Source: Mesorhizobium sp. (GTDB lineage: Bacteria > Pseudomonadota > Alphaproteobacteria > Rhizobiales > Rhizobiaceae). From it: a stretch of 64,000 bases of DNA. Below are positions 1-8,845 of this stretch, in pieces. How positions within the stretch are numbered: position 1 is the first letter of the stretch; every line of letters starts with the position of its first letter. Position numbers and translations under genes: made by a program. Location: contig DAINRF010000005.1 in assembly GCA_036742015.1 (NCBI GenBank), positions 35,627 through 99,626 on the forward strand, given 5' to 3'. A model generated the notes under the pieces. It did no database searches and was not told where the DNA came from. It was given only the letters and a program-made list of their open reading frames with translations.

Positions 1-264
1 CGCAAGGTGATCATGCCGCAAGCGATGATCGTAGCGCTCAGGCCCTATGCCAACGAACTGGTGCTGATGATCAAGGGATCGGCAATCGTGGCGCTGATCA
101 CCATTTTTGACCTGATGGGGGAAACCCGCCGCGCCTATTCGCGCAGCTTTGATTTCCAGACCTATATCTGGGCAGCGATCATCTATCTGGCCCTTGTGGA
201 GACGCTGCGCCATCTGATCGACTGGATCGAGCGGCGCATCACCCGGCATCTGTTCAGGCATTAG
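1..264 (+). CDS. polar amino-acid ABC transporter permease, C-terminal fragment (5' end outside window)
   Basis: Frame 1 is open from base 1 to TAG at 262-264. Hydrophobic helices (IVALITIFDLMGE, YIWAAIIYLALVETL) and the RRAYSRSFDFQ...ERRITRHL tail resemble the C-terminus of HisM/GlnP/opine-type permeases. Confidence 0.75.
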   Translation, partial: RKVIMPQAMIVALRPYANELVLMIKGSAIVALITIFDLMGETRRAYSRSFDFQTYIWAAIIYLALVETLRHLIDWIERRITRHLFRH

Positions 265-342
265 CAATCTGCCTGCACTGGCGTTTGCCGCCGTCCTGGA
301 ACGGCAATAGGTTCATTTGATCGAGTATCTGGATTGGAAGTT

Positions 343-1212
343 ATGGCAAAAGTTGCATTTCTCGGCCTCGGCGTCATGGGCTACCCGATGGCGGCGCATC
401 TGAAGCACAAGGGCGGCCACGACGTGACGGTTTATAACCGCACCACTGCCAAGGCCGAAAAGTGGGCTGCCGAACATGGCGGCGCATTCGCCAAAACCCC
501 GGCAGAAGCAGCCAAGGGTATGGATTTTGTCTTTGCATGCGTCGGCAATGACGACGATCTGCGCTCGGTCACCACCGGCCCGGATGGCGCGTTTGGCACG
601 ATGAGCAAGGGGGCGATTTTTGTCGACAATACAACGGCCTCGGCGGAAGTGGCGCGCGAGCTTTACGCCGCCGCCAAGGCGGGCGAGTTCGATTTCATCG
701 ATGCGCCTGTGTCGGGAGGTCAGGCGGGAGCCGAAAACGGCCAGCTGACAGTCATGTGCGGTGGTGACGAAGCAGTTTTTGACAAGGCAAAGCCGGTGAT
801 CACGGCCTATGCAAAAATGGTGGGGCTGATGGGTGATGCGGGCGCTGGCCAGCTGACCAAGATGATCAACCAGATCTGCATTGCCGGGCTGGTGCAGGGG
901 CTGGCAGAGGGCATTCATTTCGGCAAGAAAGCCGGGCTCGACATTGAAAAGGTCGTGGACGTCATTTCCAAGGGCGCGGCTGGCTCCTGGCAGATGGAAA
1001 ACCGCCACAAGACGATGAACGCCGGCAAATATGACTTTGGCTTTGCGGTCGACTGGATGCGCAAGGATCTCGGCATCTGCCTCGAAGAAGCAGATCGCAA
1101 TGGCGCAAAACTGCCGGTAACGGCGCTTGTTGACCAGTTCTACAAGGATGTGCAGCAGATGGGCGGACAGCGTTGGGATACGTCCTCGCTGCTGGCGCGG
1201 CTGGAAAGGTGA
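343..1212 (+). CDS. NAD(P)-dependent beta-hydroxyacid dehydrogenase (3-hydroxyisobutyrate dehydrogenase family)
   Basis: N-terminal Rossmann motif VAFLGLGVMGYPMA, DAPVSGG and GAGQLTKMINQ motifs. The track ORF opens at TTG 334; the first ATG is at 343. Confidence 0.85.
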   Translation: MAKVAFLGLGVMGYPMAAHLKHKGGHDVTVYNRTTAKAEKWAAEHGGAFAKTPAEAAKGMDFVFACVGNDDDLRSVTTGPDGAFGTMSKGAIFVDNTTASAEVARELYAAAKAGEFDFIDAPVSGGQAGAENGQLTVMCGGDEAVFDKAKPVITAYAKMVGLMGDAGAGQLTKMINQICIAGLVQGLAEGIHFGKKAGLDIEKVVDVISKGAAGSWQMENRHKTMNAGKYDFGFAVDWMRKDLGICLEEADRNGAKLPVTALVDQFYKDVQQMGGQRWDTSSLLARLER

Positions 1213-1213
1213 C

Positions 1214-1945
1214 ATGACATCACTGTCGCCTGCTTCGACCGCCGATGAGGTGGTCGCGCATCTGCGCACGCTTGGCTCGGAGAAAAACCGCGAGGGCAAG
1301 GCCCGCTATGGCATCAATATCGACAAGGTGCTGGGCATTCCCAACCCGGTGCAGCGCGATGTCGCGAAGATCATCAAGCGCGACCACAAGCGGGCGATGG
1401 CTCTGTGGGAGAGCGGCATCAGCGAGGCGCGGTTTGTCGCCGGGCTGACCGCCGATCCGAAACTGCTGACAGCGGCAGATGCGCGGCGCTGGGCAGCGGA
1501 CTTCGAAAGCTGGGATCTGGTCGACGGCGTGTCCGACACCTTTGTCGACACCGATCACTGGCGGTCCTTGATCGACGAGTTTGCCGATGACGAGCGCGAA
1601 TTTGTCCGCCGCACGGCCTATGCGATGATCGCCTGGGCGGCGGTGCACCGCAAGAAAGAGCCGGACGAGACGTTTCTGTCTCTCCTGCCGATCATCGAGC
1701 GGCACGCGACCGACACGCGCAACTACGTGAAGAAGGCGGTCAACTGGGCGCTGCGCCAGATCGGCAAGCGGTCATTGATGCTGCATGGGCAAGCGATCGA
1801 GCTCGCCGAAAGACTGGCGGCGTCTGACGACAGGACGGCGCGCTGGAACGGCAAGGACGCGCTCAAGGAATTGCAGGACCCCAAGCGGATCGACCAATTG
1901 CGCGAAAAGGCAGCCAAACTTGCTGCGAAACCCCGGAAAGGTTAG
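1214..1945 (+). CDS. DNA alkylation repair protein (AlkD/AlkC-like HEAT-repeat family)
   Basis: MTSLSPAS...LRTLGSEKNREGKARYGI...RRTAYAMIAWAA...NYVKKAVNWALRQIGKR pattern typical of the DNA alkylation repair enzyme family. ATG at 1214 lies 1 nt after the upstream stop; the longer track ORF from 1127 overlaps the previous gene. Confidence 0.7.
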   Translation: MTSLSPASTADEVVAHLRTLGSEKNREGKARYGINIDKVLGIPNPVQRDVAKIIKRDHKRAMALWESGISEARFVAGLTADPKLLTAADARRWAADFESWDLVDGVSDTFVDTDHWRSLIDEFADDEREFVRRTAYAMIAWAAVHRKKEPDETFLSLLPIIERHATDTRNYVKKAVNWALRQIGKRSLMLHGQAIELAERLAASDDRTARWNGKDALKELQDPKRIDQLREKAAKLAAKPRKG

Positions 1946-2427
1946 GCCCCGCCGTCCTTGTCGAGTACCATGTAGTCGAGCGGCAGTTCGGTCGTGTATT
2001 TGATCTGCTCCATCGCGAATGACGACGAGACATCGCGGATTTCGATCTTGGCGATGAGGCGCTTGTAGAACGCGTCGTACGCGCCGATGTCGGGCACGAC
2101 CACACGGATCAGGTAGTCGACATCACCGCTCATGCGGTAGAATTCGACAACCTCCGGGAACTCCTGCACCACTTCCGAAAACCGCTTCAGCCATTCCAGG
2201 CTGTGCGAGGCGGTGCGGATCGAGATGAACACGGTGACGCGCGTATTGACCTTGACCGGGTCAAGCACGGCGACTCGGCGACGGATGACGCCCTCTTCCT
2301 CAAGCTTCTGGATGCGCCGCCAGCACGGCGTCGTCGACAGGCCGACCTTCTTGGCGATATCAGCCACGGCAAGCGTTGCGTCCTCCTGAAGCAGGCGCAG
2401 AATCTTGCGGTCGAGACGGTCCATCAT
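1942..2427 (-). CDS. Lrp/AsnC family transcriptional regulator
   Basis: LDRKILRLLQEDATLAVADIAKKVGLSTTPCWRRIQKLEEEGVI HTH plus a C-terminal AsnC/RAM ligand domain; 161 aa. Confidence 0.9.
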   Translation of the reverse strand: MMDRLDRKILRLLQEDATLAVADIAKKVGLSTTPCWRRIQKLEEEGVIRRRVAVLDPVKVNTRVTVFISIRTASHSLEWLKRFSEVVQEFPEVVEFYRMSGDVDYLIRVVVPDIGAYDAFYKRLIAKIEIRDVSSSFAMEQIKYTTELPLDYMVLDKDGGA

Positions 2428-2515
2428 TGGCTCCCTTGTGGAATGCTGTGCTATTTGCCTGCCCTATTCGACTTTCACAAGCAAAATCGTCACGCCAATG
2501 CGGCAATTGATAGGA

Positions 2516-3154
2516 TCAGTTTCCCGTTTCTGGCAACAGGCGCTTCTTCACCTCGCGTCGCAGCACCGGCAGCAGGTCCGCCTCAAACCATGGGTTGCGC
2601 TGCAGCCATGCCGTGTTGCGCCAGGACGGGTGCGGCAGCGGCAGCATGCGCGGATTGCTGGTCTCGTCATAGATCGAGCGCCACGCGGCGACCGTTTCGT
2701 TGACAGTCGGCTTTTGCGTGTTGCCGAGATGCCAGGCTTGGGCGTAGCGGCCAATGACCAGCAACAGATCGACCCGAGGCATCAGATCAAGCAGCGATTG
2801 ACGCCAGGCTGGCGCACATTCCCGGCGCGGCGGCAGGTCGTGTCCGCTGGCATTGTAGCCGGGGAAACAAAAACCCATCGGCAGAATGGCGAAATTGGCC
2901 GGATCGTAGAACTGTGCCCGGTCAACGCCCAGCCACTCGCGCAGGCGGTCGCCCGAACGGTCATCAAACGGCACGCCGGATTGCTGCACCCGCAAGCCCG
3001 GCGCCTGACCTGCGATCAGGATGCGCGCGGTCGATGAGGGTTGTAGCACCGGCCGAGGCTCTTGCGGCAGTGCTACGCCAATTGGATCGTCGCGGCAGAT
3101 GCGGCAGGCCCGGACTTGTTGCCAGAGCAGGTCAAGGTCTGCCGTCTCAGCCAT
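2516..3154 (-). CDS. uracil-DNA glycosylase superfamily protein
   Basis: CRICRD near the N-terminus, the ILIAGQAPG motif and a HPSWRN-type C-terminal motif resemble family 4/5/6 UDG-like proteins. Confidence 0.7.
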   Translation of the reverse strand: MAETADLDLLWQQVRACRICRDDPIGVALPQEPRPVLQPSSTARILIAGQAPGLRVQQSGVPFDDRSGDRLREWLGVDRAQFYDPANFAILPMGFCFPGYNASGHDLPPRRECAPAWRQSLLDLMPRVDLLLVIGRYAQAWHLGNTQKPTVNETVAAWRSIYDETSNPRMLPLPHPSWRNTAWLQRNPWFEADLLPVLRREVKKRLLPETGN

Positions 3155-3157
3155 AGA

Positions 3158-3769
3158 TCAGGCGCTGGCGCTTGGCCGGGCAAGAAGTTGCGCGTGCCAG
3201 CGGCGCACATTGGCCAACTCTTCGGGCACGGCGATCTTTGCAGGCTTCATGAAGTCCATCGCCACCAGCCCGGTAATGTCGGCAACCGAATAGGCGTCAC
3301 CGGCGGCAAACTCACGCGATGCCAGTTCCGAATCGAAAAACTTCAGGAACTCAATGGCTTTTGGCCGGTTTATCTCACCCCATTCGGGCAATTGCGGCAC
3401 TTCCCATTCCTTCATCGCCGGGTGGGTGTGGCGGAACGCATTGGCGACAACCAGAAACAGGTTCAGCTCAAGGCGGCGCTGCCACATCTCGACCAGCGCC
3501 TTGCCGACCGCGCCCTGGCCAAAAAGCGGCGGATCGGGATTGAGCTCTTCGAAATAGCGGCAGATGGCGATGGACTCAGAAATCACCGTGCCGTCGTCGA
3601 GCTCAAGCACCGGCAGACGCCGCAGCGGATTGCGCGACGCGACCTGCTCATTCTTGTGCTCCAATGCGCCCATATCGATGGGCACCAGAGGCACGGACAG
3701 CCCCTTCTCCGCCATGTAGATCCGGACACGTCGCGGATTTGGGGCCTTGCCCCCGTCAAACAGTTTCAT
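3158..3769 (-). CDS. glutathione S-transferase
   Basis: N-terminal thioredoxin-like GST domain (NPRRVRIYMAEKGL...LPVLELDDGTVISESIAICRYFEE) and an alpha-helical C-terminal domain; 203 aa. Confidence 0.85.
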   Translation of the reverse strand: MKLFDGGKAPNPRRVRIYMAEKGLSVPLVPIDMGALEHKNEQVASRNPLRRLPVLELDDGTVISESIAICRYFEELNPDPPLFGQGAVGKALVEMWQRRLELNLFLVVANAFRHTHPAMKEWEVPQLPEWGEINRPKAIEFLKFFDSELASREFAAGDAYSVADITGLVAMDFMKPAKIAVPEELANVRRWHAQLLARPSASA

Positions 3770-3795
3770 TCAATCCTCCAACTCGGTTTGCAACC

Positions 3796-4410
3796 TTACC
3801 AGACGAACAGCTGGCGCAACCAGTTAATCGCTGCCTGCCACGCATTGTGTTCCAGTTCGCCTGCACTGCCATGCCGGTCGCGCCAGTCGCGCGGGCGCTC
3901 GAATTCGCCACTCCACATGCCACGTTTCGCGGCCTTCGCCGTCCTTTCTGCATCAAGATAGTCGCCGTAGGAGATCGCCCACCCCTGCTCGACCTGCCGG
4001 CGGTTCAGGTCGATGCCGCCGGCCGAGCAGACCGCGAGCAGCCGGTCATATCTGTCACGCTCCCAGCCTTCGCAACTGAGCTCCCCAGCCTCAAGCAACC
4101 GTTTGAGTGCGAAACGGGCGTCGCGCCCACATGGATAGGTCTGTCCAGCCCGGGTGCAGGTCTGCGAATATTCGGGCGCATCAATTCCGCGCAACCGGAT
4201 GCGCTCGCCGAGCAACGTCAGAGAGTCGCCGTCGTTGACCACGGCCTGCCCGCCAAGCGTCCGCGTCTCGAAACGGTCGTTGCGCGCGACAATCACCAGC
4301 AGAAGCATCAGGATCGCCAGCGTCACGCCATATTCAGCCCATCGCCTCGCTCTGCTGCGCCGGACCTGGTTTTGCCTGCCGCGACGCCACGGCCGGTTGG
4401 CCGGGCTCAT
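3796..4410 (-). CDS. thermonuclease (staphylococcal nuclease-like) family protein with N-terminal membrane anchor
   Basis: VVNDGDSLTL...IRLRGIDAPE...DRYDRLLAVC...VEQGWA SNase-type motifs, preceded by one hydrophobic helix (VTLAILMLLLVIV). Confidence 0.8.
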   Translation of the reverse strand: MSPANRPWRRGRQNQVRRSRARRWAEYGVTLAILMLLLVIVARNDRFETRTLGGQAVVNDGDSLTLLGERIRLRGIDAPEYSQTCTRAGQTYPCGRDARFALKRLLEAGELSCEGWERDRYDRLLAVCSAGGIDLNRRQVEQGWAISYGDYLDAERTAKAAKRGMWSGEFERPRDWRDRHGSAGELEHNAWQAAINWLRQLFVW

Positions 4411-4483
4411 TTCTGGAAGGTTCTCTTAATCATTGGAAAGTAAGAATTCATTCAGCATAGGACAATCGGCAAACCCGCACGTT

Positions 4484-5986
4484 ATGGCTTCTTCACGGTC
4501 CAGCTCGACCGACAAGAACATTGTGGACCGCACTAATGTGCGCCGCAACAGCGATGTCGCGCGCGCAGTTCGCAAGACACGCGAGCAATTGGCGCAGCAG
4601 GCCGGCAGTCCGGATTTTGAACGGGAACTGCTGAAACTCCACAGCCAGGCGATGGCTGGCAGCGCATTTGCCTTTCCCATGCTGCTTGTGCTCATTGCGG
4701 CTGGCGGGTTCATCATCGGCGGCGGTCCTGAAATTCTGATCTGGGCGCTGGCGGCGGCTGTCTGCTACCTGCCGCTTGGCCATATCGCCCGCAAGGTTCT
4801 GGCGAGCGAGATCGACGACAGCCGGGTTGCATCGCTCCGCCGCAATTTCCTGATTTCGCACGCAATATCAGGCATTGGCTGGGTCTATTTCGCCACGATC
4901 GGCTGTGATGCCTGCGGCATCGAGAACATCCCCACCATCAAGACGGTGCTGCTACTGATCGCTATGTCAGCCACCGCAATCATCGGCTATGCACTGCCTG
5001 GCGCATTACTGGCGACTTTCGCCGCGCCAGTTGCCGTTGCCGTGCTGTTTGCCGTCAGGGACCTTGGATCGGTCTCCGTCGCGATGGCCACCCTGCTCGT
5101 CGCTGCACTGCCGTTCTTTGTCTACATTTCCAGCAGTCTGAACAAATCGACCCAGGCGCTGCTCGCATTCCGTAGCGAAAAAGACTGGCTGATCGCAGAG
5201 CTTGAAACCGCAAAATCAATGTCTGATGAAGCCCGCCGCCGCGCCGAGGAGGCCAATCTGGCGAAGTCGCGATTTCTTGCATCGATGAGCCATGAATTGC
5301 GCACGCCGCTCAACGCCATTCTCGGCTTTTCCGAAGTGATGACCACAGAAGTGCTCGGCCCAATCGGCAATGCCACCTATCGCGACTATGCTGCCGACAT
5401 TCACAAGTCGGGGCAGCATCTTCTCGATCTCATCAATGAAATTCTCGACCTGTCACGCATTGAAGCGGGCCGCTATTCGCTGAACGAAGAAAGTCTTTCG
5501 CTGGCCGCAACTGTCGAAGACTGCTGCCATATCGTGGAATTGAAGGCGCGCGGCAAAGACATCCGCATCATTCAGGAGATCGACGCGCGACTGCCAAAAA
5601 TCCGTGCCGATGAGCGCGCGCTCCGGCAGATCACGCTGAACCTGCTGGCGAACGCCATAAAGTTCACGCCAACCGGCGGCTGGGTAAGGGTCCGCGTCGG
5701 CTGGACAGCAGGTGGCGGCCAATATCTGTCTGTCAGGGACAACGGACCGGGAATCCCCGAAGCCGAAATACCCATCGTGTTATCGTCGTTCGGCCAAGGT
5801 TCAATTGCCATCAAGAATGCCGAGCAAGGCACGGGCCTAGGCCTGCCGATTGTGCAGGGTCTTGTCGCCATTCACGGCGGCGAGTTTGAACTTCACTCAA
5901 AGTTGCGCGAAGGCACAGAGGCAATCGCCATATTCCCGCGGGCACGTGTCATCGAAGCGATGCCAGCGCTCGAACATGTTGCCTAA
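4484..5986 (+). CDS. membrane sensor histidine kinase (PleC/DivJ-like HisKA + HATPase_c)
   Basis: H-box SHELRTPLNAILGFSEVM, N-box LNLLANAIKF, G-boxes DNGPGI and GTGLGLPIV. Several hydrophobic helices in the N-terminal half. The ORF opens at TTG 4433 and the first ATG is at 4484, so the start is uncertain. Confidence 0.85.
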   Translation: MASSRSSSTDKNIVDRTNVRRNSDVARAVRKTREQLAQQAGSPDFERELLKLHSQAMAGSAFAFPMLLVLIAAGGFIIGGGPEILIWALAAAVCYLPLGHIARKVLASEIDDSRVASLRRNFLISHAISGIGWVYFATIGCDACGIENIPTIKTVLLLIAMSATAIIGYALPGALLATFAAPVAVAVLFAVRDLGSVSVAMATLLVAALPFFVYISSSLNKSTQALLAFRSEKDWLIAELETAKSMSDEARRRAEEANLAKSRFLASMSHELRTPLNAILGFSEVMTTEVLGPIGNATYRDYAADIHKSGQHLLDLINEILDLSRIEAGRYSLNEESLSLAATVEDCCHIVELKARGKDIRIIQEIDARLPKIRADERALRQITLNLLANAIKFTPTGGWVRVRVGWTAGGGQYLSVRDNGPGIPEAEIPIVLSSFGQGSIAIKNAEQGTGLGLPIVQGLVAIHGGEFELHSKLREGTEAIAIFPRARVIEAMPALEHVA

Positions 5987-6942
5987 TGCGCTGCTGATCG
6001 TGCGTGTGCAGACAAGCCCGCATGGATAGACAATGCGTCCTTGACCAGACCAGCCGCCACTACGCCAGCCGTCCCCTCGCCTGCTCCGGTCCCGGATGGC
6101 AACAAGGGTTTGAGGCCGATCAGCTTGGCCGCATGTGTGCCAACATCGCCCTCAGCTTCCGCAACAAGGCAGTGCGCTACCGCGTCAGGGCTCAGCCGAT
6201 GCAACAGCACTGCAACACTCAAGGCTGTTGCGCCGTCAAGGATTACCGGCATCTTTTCGATACGCGCCGCAACAATTGCGCCGGCGATTGCCGCAAACTC
6301 GCGCCCGCCAAGGCTTGCAAGCCAAGTCAATGGATCGCTTTCGCGGCTTTTAGCCAAAGCCGACCGAACCGCATCCCCAGCCTTGTCGCTCAATCCCTCA
6401 GTCACATTGAATTGCGGATCGACGGCGCCAAGAATCGTGCGCGCCACGACATCGTCGCCGGCCGCACGGATGGAGCTTAAAATCACGAGATCCGGTCCAC
6501 CAGCAATCGCCTCCATGCCGAAGGCGATGGTGGCGGCGCTGGTGCGCTCATCCATGGCGACCTGTCTGGAAATGTCTCCGGTCGGGAGGTGAAGCGCGAG
6601 GTCATAGACTTTCAGACCGACCATGTTGGCGGCGCACAGATGGTTCACCGGCGCATCGCCTGATCCGAAAGCGGCAACAGCCTCCATGGTTGCGTCAAGC
6701 CGCTGCTCCGACACACCCTGCCGGGCCACACCGTGGGTTCCGGCAAACAATGCCAGGGATGGCCGGGACACGGAAGGCTTGCGGCCAACGACGCCAGCGA
6801 GACGCACAGCAATGTCGCGCAGTACGGAATGATCAATACGGGCCGAACTGAAGAGGTTTGCAACTGTCTCGCCGGCGGCACCGTCCACGGGAGGCAAAGC
6901 AGCCAGCAAGGCGCGGAAATCATCAAGTGGCGAAACGGTCAT
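5983..6942 (-). CDS. cobT: CobT-family protein (nicotinate-nucleotide--dimethylbenzimidazole phosphoribosyltransferase-like, divergent)
   Basis: LALFAGTHGV, FGMEAIAGG, LGGREFAAIAGAI, PVILDG and C-terminal GEGTAG landmarks of CobT/CobU. ATG at 6942 (MTVSPLDDF) gives 319 aa; the 385-aa track ORF from 7140 is probably an artefactual extension. Confidence 0.7.
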   Translation of the reverse strand: MTVSPLDDFRALLAALPPVDGAAGETVANLFSSARIDHSVLRDIAVRLAGVVGRKPSVSRPSLALFAGTHGVARQGVSEQRLDATMEAVAAFGSGDAPVNHLCAANMVGLKVYDLALHLPTGDISRQVAMDERTSAATIAFGMEAIAGGPDLVILSSIRAAGDDVVARTILGAVDPQFNVTEGLSDKAGDAVRSALAKSRESDPLTWLASLGGREFAAIAGAIVAARIEKMPVILDGATALSVAVLLHRLSPDAVAHCLVAEAEGDVGTHAAKLIGLKPLLPSGTGAGEGTAGVVAAGLVKDALSIHAGLSAHARSAAH

Positions 6943-7024
6943 GTCGTGGTCCTGTTCTGTCCGACGCTCTAACCAGAGAAGCGCGCCCGCACAATGCGTT
7001 TTGCCGCCACTGGCGCATTCCGAT

Positions 7025-7051
7025 CGGCCGGTTGCGCCTTGCAACCGGCCG
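7025..7051. other. perfect 11-bp GC-rich stem-loop in the cobT-like / DUF1289 divergent intergenic region
   Basis: cggccggttgc (7025-7035), gcctt loop, gcaaccggccg (7041-7051), read directly. No adjacent U/T run, so it is not a classical terminator. Confidence 0.6.
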
Positions 7052-7093
7052 CCGTTTGCCCCACATCCCTCTTGATGAGCCGGATCGACACAT

Positions 7094-7327
7094 TTGACCG
7101 CTATTGAATCGCCCTGCATCCTTGTCTGCTCGATCGACATGAAGACGGGCTATTGCTTCGGCTGTGGCCGCACGTCTGCTGAAATCGGCGCGTGGCTCAC
7201 CATGACACCGCAGCAGCGCCGGGATGTGATGAGCCAGTTGCCCACGCGTCTTCAGACCGTCGAGCGCCGCCCGCGCCGGGAAACGCGCCGCACCCGCATG
7301 GCGCGCGAGCGTGGAGACAATATCTGA
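7094..7327 (+). CDS. DUF1289 domain-containing small Cys-rich protein
   Basis: SPCILVCSID...GYCFGCGRTSAEIGAW is the DUF1289 signature. TTG start at 7094. The stop TGA overlaps the next ATG (TGATG). Confidence 0.65.
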   Translation: MTAIESPCILVCSIDMKTGYCFGCGRTSAEIGAWLTMTPQQRRDVMSQLPTRLQTVERRPRRETRRTRMARERGDNI

Positions 7328-8028
7328 TGCGGCTGTGGTTCCTGGTTACGATCCTCGCCTTGGTTCTCCTCGGCATCTTCTATTTCTCCGACGACAGCGG
7401 CAGCATTTACGGCACGGATGCGGACAATGTCGTGCGGGCGATCTATCTCGGGCTGATCGGGACTGCCGTAGGTGCGAGCTTGCTTGGTTCAGGCATCCGC
7501 TTCAGCGAGGCCAGCCGCAACATCGCCATATGGCTGGGGATCATTGTGTTGATGGCCGGTGGTTACCAGTATCGCTACGAGCTCCAGGACGTCGCCAGCC
7601 GGTTGACGGCAGGGCTGGTGCCAGGCAGCCCGATCTCGCTGACCGACACCGAAGGCCGCAAGACGGTGATGATCGAAAAGGACGGTTCCGGTCATTTTGA
7701 GACGCTCGGCAGCGTCAATGGCCAGCAGATCAGGTTCATGGTGGACACTGGAGCGACCACCACCGTTTTGAGTGATCGCGACGCCCGGGCTGCCGGCTTC
7801 GATGTCAGCACGTTGACATTCAACATACCTGTGTCGACGGCCAATGGCATGACCCGCGCTGCACGCGTAACGGCTGATGAAATCCGCATTGGCGAAGTGT
7901 TCCGCAACCGCCAGCCTGTGTTCATCGCAGGCCCCGGCCAGCTTCAGCAAAGCCTGCTCGGAATGAGTTTTCTGTCGACCCTTGCCGGCTACAATGTGCG
8001 CGGCGACCGCATGGTACTTATCGACTAG
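7327..8028 (+). CDS. membrane-anchored retropepsin-like (clan AA, TIGR02281-type) aspartic protease
   Basis: Three N-terminal hydrophobic helices, then FMVDTGATTTVL (D-T-G active site) and LLGMSFL. ATG 7327 is translationally coupled to the upstream ORF; the track ORF from 7192 overlaps DUF1289. Confidence 0.75.
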   Translation: MRLWFLVTILALVLLGIFYFSDDSGSIYGTDADNVVRAIYLGLIGTAVGASLLGSGIRFSEASRNIAIWLGIIVLMAGGYQYRYELQDVASRLTAGLVPGSPISLTDTEGRKTVMIEKDGSGHFETLGSVNGQQIRFMVDTGATTTVLSDRDARAAGFDVSTLTFNIPVSTANGMTRAARVTADEIRIGEVFRNRQPVFIAGPGQLQQSLLGMSFLSTLAGYNVRGDRMVLID

Positions 8029-8840
8029 AAAAGACTGACGAAGAAGCGGATCGACACGGCGAGGCAGAACAGGCCAAAACCGATCTCGAGCTGACGTTTG
8101 CTGAGCCAATGCGCCAGTCTGACGCCGAGCGGCGTGACCATCCAGGCGATGGGGATGACCAGCGCTACCGCAATCCAGTTGACGAAGCCGGTCGAGCCGA
8201 GCGGCAACAGCGGATTGCCCCACCCTGCCCAGATGTAGCCGATGGTGCCGGGCACGGCGATCAGCGTGCCAACGCCGGCAGATGTCGCAACCGCCTGATG
8301 GATCGGACGGCCATACAAGGTCATGAATGTGTTGTTCATGATGCCGCCGCCAATGCCCAGCAGGGTCGATAAAAAGCCAAGTGCGATGCCAAAGATCGAC
8401 CGCCCTGGATTACCCGGCAACTCCGTTCCGATCCGCCAGGTCTGACGGTTGAAAAGCATTTTCAAACCAAACAGCAGCGCAAAGACAGTGAAGAGAATAC
8501 GCAATTCCCCACTGGAAATGTAGGCGGCCGACAACGACGCCAGCACCGTGCCTGCCGGAACAGAAATGATGTAGGAACGCAGCAGATCTTCATCGACCGC
8601 TCCACGCGCCCGGTGCGCCAGCGTCGAACGCAGCGATGTCGGCACGATGATCGCAAGCGATGAGCCGACCGACAGGTGCATACGCACCAGATCGCTGACG
8701 TCGAGCAAGCCAAAGAGCTGGTAGAACACCGGAACCAGCACCGCGCCACCGCCGATGCCAAACGCACCGGCAAACAGACCCGATACGACGCCCGCGAAAG
8801 CGATCGTGGCGGCAAACAGGGCCATGTCAATAAGTGGCAT
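8025..8840 (-). CDS. sulfite exporter TauE/SafE family membrane protein
   Basis: 271-aa polytopic protein with a duplicated GIGGG(A/I) motif (GAFGIGGGAVLVP and LLGIGGGIMNN). Confidence 0.85.
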   Translation of the reverse strand: MPLIDMALFAATIAFAGVVSGLFAGAFGIGGGAVLVPVFYQLFGLLDVSDLVRMHLSVGSSLAIIVPTSLRSTLAHRARGAVDEDLLRSYIISVPAGTVLASLSAAYISSGELRILFTVFALLFGLKMLFNRQTWRIGTELPGNPGRSIFGIALGFLSTLLGIGGGIMNNTFMTLYGRPIHQAVATSAGVGTLIAVPGTIGYIWAGWGNPLLPLGSTGFVNWIAVALVIPIAWMVTPLGVRLAHWLSKRQLEIGFGLFCLAVSIRFFVSLF

Positions 8841-8845
8841 GGTTT

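Noticed and set aside
313-1299. 328-aa minus-strand ORF antisense to the beta-hydroxyacid dehydrogenase
   Set aside because: No motifs. It is fully nested against a gene with a clear Rossmann signature, so it is a GC-rich antisense artefact.
6943-7093. Possible cobalamin riboswitch in the leader of the CobT-like gene
   Set aside because: Apart from an AAGAGGGA and a GCCAGTGGCGG stretch, I could not find the B12-box (AG.C.GG.AGACC.GCC-type) or the conserved GGTGAAAATCC / GCAACTGTAA-like core. At about 150 nt the region is also short. Only the 11-bp hairpin is reported. An Rfam RF00174 scan would settle it.
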